From a bacterium (GTDB lineage Bacteria; SAR324; JACQKK01), in assembly GCA_965240465.1 (NCBI GenBank), contig OZ251219.1, positions 1,120,001 through 1,184,000 of the forward strand: 64,000 nucleotides of DNA. The letters run 5' to 3'. The number at the start of each line of letters is the position of its first letter. Within the stretch, counting starts at the first letter, position 1. Shown here piece by piece: positions 59,012 through 64,000 of the stretch. The position numbers were made by a program, and so were the translations under genes. Under the pieces are notes generated by a model, which was not told where the DNA came from, ran no database searches, and saw nothing but the letters and a program-made list of their open reading frames with translations.

Positions 59012-60184
59012 ATGAAGCTTCCTTCCTTAACCATTAGAAATTTTACCCTGAAGTTTCCCATCATTCAAGGAGGCATGGGAGTAGGCATATCTTGGGATAA
59101 TCTGGCTGGTGCAGTAGCAAAAACAGGTTGCGGAGGAACGGTATCATCGGTGGGTACTGGCTACTGGAATACCAAAAAGGTGAAGCTAATCAATGGCCGA
59201 CCCTTGAAACCTGAAAATTTTAGCAATTCTGAAAATCTTTGCGCGATCATCAAAAGTGCCATGAGTAAATCCAAAGGCAATGGTGCCGTGGGAGTGAATA
59301 TCTTGTGCGCGGTTACCGATTATGCCCGCCAAGTAAAAGACTCCGTACGAGCTGGAGCTAGGTACATAATCAGTGGGGCGGGCCTGCCTCTGCGGTTGCC
59401 CGAATACGTGAACAAAGCCGATATCGCCCTGATACCAATAGTCTCATCTCCGCGAGTTTTAGACCTGCTTTGCCGCCGCTGGAAGCGTTTTGGTCGCTTG
59501 CCAGACGCGGTCGTGCTTGAAGGACCAAAATCGGGCGGTCACCAAGGATATTCCTACGATCAATGCTTGATGGAAGAATTTCAGCTGGAAAAAGTTACCC
59601 CAGGAGTGCTGAAAGCTTGCAAACTCTGGGGAAATATCCCGCTGATAGTGGCTGGAGGAGTCTGGAATAAAAAAGATATTGAAAAATTCATTGATATGGG
59701 TGTCTCAGGCGTCCAAATGGCAACCAGATTTATCGGTACCCACGAATGCGATGCCTCTCCAGTATTCAAACAGGTGATCATCAATGCCAAAAAATCAGAT
59801 ATCCAGCTGATCAAATCCCCAGTTGGTTATCCCGCTAGGGGCGTAGTCACTACCCCTCTGGTCAGACGCGTATCTTTGGGTGTTAGACCGAAGATCCCTT
59901 GCATCTCAAACTGCGTTACCCCCTGCAACCACGGCACCGAATCCAACAAGGTCGGCTACTGCATCGCCGATTCCCTATCCGATGCTTGGCTCGGACATGT
60001 GGATACTGGACTATTCTTCAGTGGCTCCAATGGCTATCGCATCAAAGAACTGGAATCAGTAGAAAGCGTCATTGGCAAACTGGCAGGAAATATTGCAGAT
60101 CCAAAAAACTGGGAAGATCAAGAAATAGCCGAAGACATCACTCCGCCCGTGCTCCCCCCAGTAGCATCCATAGGACTATACTAA
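59012..60184 (+). CDS. Nitronate-monooxygenase-family FMN/Fe-S enzyme, FabX-like
   Basis: PIIQGGMGVGISW, EGPKSGGHQG, IKSPVGYPAR, CISNCVTPC...GYCIAD. Confidence 0.85.
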   Translation: MKLPSLTIRNFTLKFPIIQGGMGVGISWDNLAGAVAKTGCGGTVSSVGTGYWNTKKVKLINGRPLKPENFSNSENLCAIIKSAMSKSKGNGAVGVNILCAVTDYARQVKDSVRAGARYIISGAGLPLRLPEYVNKADIALIPIVSSPRVLDLLCRRWKRFGRLPDAVVLEGPKSGGHQGYSYDQCLMEEFQLEKVTPGVLKACKLWGNIPLIVAGGVWNKKDIEKFIDMGVSGVQMATRFIGTHECDASPVFKQVIINAKKSDIQLIKSPVGYPARGVVTTPLVRRVSLGVRPKIPCISNCVTPCNHGTESNKVGYCIADSLSDAWLGHVDTGLFFSGSNGYRIKELESVESVIGKLAGNIADPKNWEDQEIAEDITPPVLPPVASIGLY

Positions 60185-60195
60185 GCTCCTGATTC

Positions 60196-60313
60196 CCCCC
60201 GCCATCCGTTATAGCCCGTATTTTCATCCCCCGCCATCCAGCCCGTATTTTCATCCCCCGCCATCCGTTATAGCCCGTATTTTCACCCCCCGCCATCCAG
60301 CCCGTATTTTCAT
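60196..60313. repeat. Tandem repeat of alternating 32-bp and 27-bp units (59-bp dimer, 2 copies)
   Basis: CCCCCGCCATCC[GTTAT]AGCCCGTATTTTCAT with or without the 5-bp GTTAT insert. Confidence 0.95.
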
Positions 60314-60370
60314 CCTGAACCTGCCATTCCTTCCCAACCCTCACACCTTGATGACCAAAAGCACGCTCGC

Positions 60371-60796
60371 ATGGTGGATACCAGCGGTAAGAAGCCTACC
60401 ACTCGCTTGGCACGAGCTAGGTGCTACCTAAGCATCTCTGCCACACTGACAAATCACCTGCACGCCCTCCCTAAAGGCGATGCCTTTTCTGTCGCCCGAA
60501 TTGCGGGCATTCAAGCTGCCAAACAGACCAGTCAATTGATACCTCTTTGCCACCCCCTTCCCCTGGAACACATCCAGATAGATATCACCCTCCAGAAAGC
60601 AGAACACCGAATACTGATTGAAACTTCTGCCAGTGCTACTGCTAAAACGGGGGTGGAAATGGAGGCTCTTACTGCAGCTGCGGTAACTGCTCTCACTTTA
60701 TATGATATGTGTAAGTCGGTGGATAAGGGGATGACTATCGGTAAGCTGCAGCTGATAGAAAAATTAGGCGGTAAGAGCGGACACTGGCACCGATGA
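60371..60796 (+). CDS. moaC: Cyclic pyranopterin monophosphate synthase
   Basis: MVD..K..T.R.A.A, KGD...ARIAGIQAAK.T..LIPLCH, TGVEMEAL, YDMCK. Confidence 0.96.
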   Translation: MVDTSGKKPTTRLARARCYLSISATLTNHLHALPKGDAFSVARIAGIQAAKQTSQLIPLCHPLPLEHIQIDITLQKAEHRILIETSASATAKTGVEMEALTAAAVTALTLYDMCKSVDKGMTIGKLQLIEKLGGKSGHWHR

Positions 60797-60926
60797 TTTT
60801 TTGCAGATAATTTTTTGCAGAAGTACTTAGTTCTTGCTTATTAACCGATAAGCATGGATATTGAGGGGGTTTGCCCGCTTTATTTTAGGCTGTAGGGGGA
60901 GGTATTATTTTTTACCAGAGTTTAGC

Positions 60927-61922
60927 ATGTCTGGATTTCATGTAGCGATTGTTGGTGCGACTGGTGCGGTAGGGCAGACGCTATTGGAGGTGCTGAAGCG
61001 TCGTGAGTTTCCAGTATCTAGATTGACCTTAATGGCATCGGTTAGTAGTGCTGGTGGCAGGCTATCTTTTGCGGGTGAGGAGATTATCTTGCAGCGGCCT
61101 AGTCGGGAGGCATTTCGGGGAGTAGAGATTGCTTTTTTTTCGGCAGGGTCTAGTTGTAGCCGAGAATTTGTTCCTTGGGCACAAGCGGCGGGGGCAGTGG
61201 TGATAGACAATTCCAGTGCTTTTCGCTTGGACCCTCAAGTGCCCTTAGTGGTTCCAGAGATTAATAGTCATGTTGTGAGTAGTCATAGTGGGATTATTGC
61301 CAATCCTAATTGTTGTACGTTGGCTTTGGTGGTGCCATTGGCACCTTTGCATCGGGCTTTTGGTATTAGGCGAGTGGTAGTGTGTACCTATCAGGCTGCC
61401 AGTGGTGCGGGTAGTCGTGCTATGGATGAGTTACATAAGTCATCGGCAGCTTATTTGGAAGAGAGGGAGTTTAGTCCGAGTATTTTTCCTTATAATCCTG
61501 CCTTCAATCTTTTTCCTCATAACAGCGATATGCAGTCCAGTGGGTATTGCGAGGAAGAAGAAAAGATAATTCAGGAAACGCAAAAGATAATGGAGGATGA
61601 TGCCATCGCCATTACGGCTACCTGTGTGCGAGTGCCAGTCATGCGAGCTCATTCGGAGGCGGTGAACATGGAGTTTTCGCGAGCGGTATCGGTGAAGCAG
61701 GCACGGGAGGTTTTACGGGGGTCTGCAGGGGTGCTGTTATTTGAAGAGCCAGAGAATAATCGTTGGGCGACGCCCTTGGATGCGAGCGGTCGGGATGAGG
61801 TTTTGGTAGGACGCCTAAGGGAGGATCAATCTCAAACGGACACCTTGGACATGTGGATTGTAGCGGATCAATTGCTTAAGGGAGCGGCCTTGAATGCGGT
61901 TCAGATTGCTGAGTTGCTGTAA
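60927..61922 (+). CDS. asd: Aspartate-semialdehyde dehydrogenase
   Basis: VGATGAVG, IDNSSAFR, IIANPNC, YQAASGAG, CVRVPV..HS, KGAALNAVQIAE. Start placed at ATG 60927. Confidence 0.97.
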   Translation: MSGFHVAIVGATGAVGQTLLEVLKRREFPVSRLTLMASVSSAGGRLSFAGEEIILQRPSREAFRGVEIAFFSAGSSCSREFVPWAQAAGAVVIDNSSAFRLDPQVPLVVPEINSHVVSSHSGIIANPNCCTLALVVPLAPLHRAFGIRRVVVCTYQAASGAGSRAMDELHKSSAAYLEEREFSPSIFPYNPAFNLFPHNSDMQSSGYCEEEEKIIQETQKIMEDDAIAITATCVRVPVMRAHSEAVNMEFSRAVSVKQAREVLRGSAGVLLFEEPENNRWATPLDASGRDEVLVGRLREDQSQTDTLDMWIVADQLLKGAALNAVQIAELL

Positions 61923-61933
61923 TTTTTTATTTA

Positions 61934-63067
61934 TTGAGCGGTATGAATACAATTAAGCATTTTCAGCTTGGCACTTCTGGGGTACTGATATTATCTAATG
62001 GGAGGGTGTTTCGCGGAATGTTGAGGGGTGCGATCAGGTCTATTTCTGGGGAGGTTATATTTAACACTTCCATGACTGGGTATCAGGAGATTCTTACCGA
62101 TCCTTCATATTACAAGCAGATTGTCACTATGACATGCACTCAGATTGGCAATTACGGCATAAATGAAGAAGATGATCAATCTCGGCAGCCCTTTGCGGCG
62201 GCTTTGGTTATGCGAGAATTGAGTCCGATAGTGAGCAATTGGCGTAGTAGCATGAGTTTAGAGGAATACGCCTTAAAGCATGGCATTCCGTTGCTGGAGG
62301 GCATTGATACTCGTTCCTTGGTGATTGCCATTCGGGAGGAGGGTGCTGTTCCTGGGCTGCTGGCACCAGCAGATGAGGCTCCTATTGATCAACTTATCCA
62401 AAAAGCCCGACAGCTTCCGTGCATGGAGGGTCAGAGTTTGGTATCTGGTGTTAGTACTAAGGCTACCTATACTTTAGCATCTAAGGAGAATTTATTTCGG
62501 GTGGTCGCTTATGATTATGGCATCAAGCAAGGCATTCTGGATAGATTACAGCAGCAAGGTTTATCGGTGGAGGTGTTTCCCTTTGATACCAGTCCTGAGG
62601 TAATTTTGGAAAAGAAGCCCGATGGATTATTTCTTTCTAATGGACCTAGCGACCCTGAAGCTCTTACTGAGGCTGTTAGGAACATCCGAGCTTTACTGGG
62701 TCGGGTGCCTATTTTTGGCATTTGCTTGGGATGTCAGTTATTGGCTTTGGCTTTGGGGGGACGTACTTATAAGCTGAAATTTGGGCATCATGGTGTTAAT
62801 CATCCTGTTATGCGATTACAGGATCGTCGGGTGGAGATAACCAGCCAAAATCATGGCTTTGCGATCACAGAAGATAATCTCCCCGCCCAGATATGTATCA
62901 CACACCGCAATCTGAACGACCAAACCATAGCTGGTATTCAATCTACTGAGTATCCTGCTTTTGCGGTACAGTATCATCCTGAGGCTAGCCCTGGCCCTCA
63001 TGACTCTCGGTATTTATTTCAGCAATTCACGCAATTAATGCGAGATCATTCTCGGCAGTTGGCTTAG
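61934..63067 (+). CDS. carA: Carbamoyl-phosphate synthase small subunit
   Basis: GEVIFNTSMTGYQEILTDPSY, LSNGP.DP, GICLG.Q, QYHPEASPGP. Confidence 0.98.
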   Translation: MSGMNTIKHFQLGTSGVLILSNGRVFRGMLRGAIRSISGEVIFNTSMTGYQEILTDPSYYKQIVTMTCTQIGNYGINEEDDQSRQPFAAALVMRELSPIVSNWRSSMSLEEYALKHGIPLLEGIDTRSLVIAIREEGAVPGLLAPADEAPIDQLIQKARQLPCMEGQSLVSGVSTKATYTLASKENLFRVVAYDYGIKQGILDRLQQQGLSVEVFPFDTSPEVILEKKPDGLFLSNGPSDPEALTEAVRNIRALLGRVPIFGICLGCQLLALALGGRTYKLKFGHHGVNHPVMRLQDRRVEITSQNHGFAITEDNLPAQICITHRNLNDQTIAGIQSTEYPAFAVQYHPEASPGPHDSRYLFQQFTQLMRDHSRQLA

Positions 63068-63128
63068 GATTTTTTATTTATTAGGTGGTGGTGGTGGTGG
63101 GGGGGTAGATTAGTTTTTAAGGTTTTAT

Positions 63129-63176
63129 TGGCTTTGTGAGATGGCTTTGTGAGATGGCTTTGTGAGATGGCTTTGT
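63129..63176. repeat. Tandem repeat, 13-bp unit TGGCTTTGTGAGA, ~3.7 copies
   Basis: Read directly. Confidence 0.94.
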
Positions 63177-63245
63177 CATGTCCATGATTTTTGTTGACAT
63201 TGGGATCTAATATATCAAGAATGGCGGGTAGGTTAGGGATGTTTA

Positions 63246-63380
63246 ATTTCGGCTGTGATTTTCGGCTGTGATTTTCGGTTGTGATTTTCGGTTGTGATTT
63301 TCGGCTGTGGTTTTCGGTTGTGATTTTCGGCTGTGGCTTATGGCTATGGCTTTCGGCTGTGGCTTATGGCTCTCGGCTGT
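63246..63380. repeat. Tandem repeat, 13-bp unit TTTCGG(C/T)TGTGAT, ~7 copies, degenerating rightwards
   Basis: Read directly. Lies in the 5' leader of the last gene. Confidence 0.93.
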
Positions 63381-63404
63381 TGTCTTCGGGCAAGGTTTTT
63401 AATT

Positions 63405-64000
63405 ATGAGAATTTTTAGTGTGTTTCACAGGTTGATGTTACGAGCATCGGTAGTGTCCTTGTTGGTGGGAGTACTATTGGCTTCTTGGACTACGATGGCT
63501 GTAGCTCGCGGTTTGAAGGGTGCACCTGCTCCCTTTGATAAAGGAGGCGTTAAAGTGGCGTTAATATCATTGGTGAGTAGCGGTGATTTTTTTCAGGCTT
63601 ATCGTAGCGGCGTTAAGGCTCAGGCGAGGTCCTTGGGTATCAAATTAAAAATCCTTGATGCTAGGAATGACCCAGCTATCCAAGGGGATTTAATGGAGCA
63701 AGCCATCAATAAAAAATACGATGGAATCATCATTGACCATGGCTTAACAGAAGTATTGTCACCACTGGTGGATAAGGCAATAAAGGCGGGCATTGAGGTG
63801 GTTGTCTTTGATGTTGATGTGAGTAATCCTAAAGCAATCCAAATTGAACAAAGTGATCACGCACTGGCACGTCTAGTATTGGAACAAGCCGTAAAAGATA
63901 ATGGCGTTAAATTTAGTGCTGGCTATGTGTATGTACCAGGATTCGCTCCTACCGACCGCCGTGATGAAGTCTGGCGGGAGTTCAAAAAAACCTACCGGGG
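63405..64000 (+). CDS. Partial sugar ABC transporter substrate-binding protein (RbsB/Peripla_BP_4 family)
   Basis: Own translation (absent from the ORF track): signal peptide, then KVALISLVSSGDFFQAYRSGVKAQARSLGIKL..LDARND...AINKKYDGIIIDHG...AGIEVVVFD. Confidence 0.88.
   Translation, partial: MRIFSVFHRLMLRASVVSLLVGVLLASWTTMAVARGLKGAPAPFDKGGVKVALISLVSSGDFFQAYRSGVKAQARSLGIKLKILDARNDPAIQGDLMEQAINKKYDGIIIDHGLTEVLSPLVDKAIKAGIEVVVFDVDVSNPKAIQIEQSDHALARLVLEQAVKDNGVKFSAGYVYVPGFAPTDRRDEVWREFKKTYR

Overview
Bacterial chromosomal window, mostly housekeeping genes. The gene complement looks deltaproteobacterial/SAR324-like, but that is inference only. Contents: TPR protein, csrA, tRNA-Leu and tRNA-Cys, an Fe3+ ABC transporter (fbp/futABC) interrupted by a ThaI-like type II restriction-modification pair, a Calx-beta/GLUG surface lipoprotein, Fur, ClC channel, long-form thyX, a MotA/TolQ-like gene with two atypical ExbD-like partners and an orphan FliN, menC-like, acnA, recN, galU, purA/purD/purE, family-4 UDG, atypical prs, lgt, zapA, rsmG, FecR plus beta-barrel, orphan atpC, PBP1A, three paralogous small beta-barrel OMPs with a second GLUG lipoprotein, an AT-rich EptA-like fusion, a FabX-like enzyme, moaC, asd, carA and a partial sugar-binding protein. 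The most unusual signals are architectural. (1) About 19 mutually unrelated tandem-repeat arrays (12-32 bp units) cluster at gene ends, including a 43-unit 13-bp satellite with nested higher-order structure. (2) The G/C skew appears to follow a kb-scale sawtooth (G-rich decaying to C-rich on the + strand, then resetting) that is independent of gene orientation. All functional calls are from motif recognition by eye; no database searches were run.
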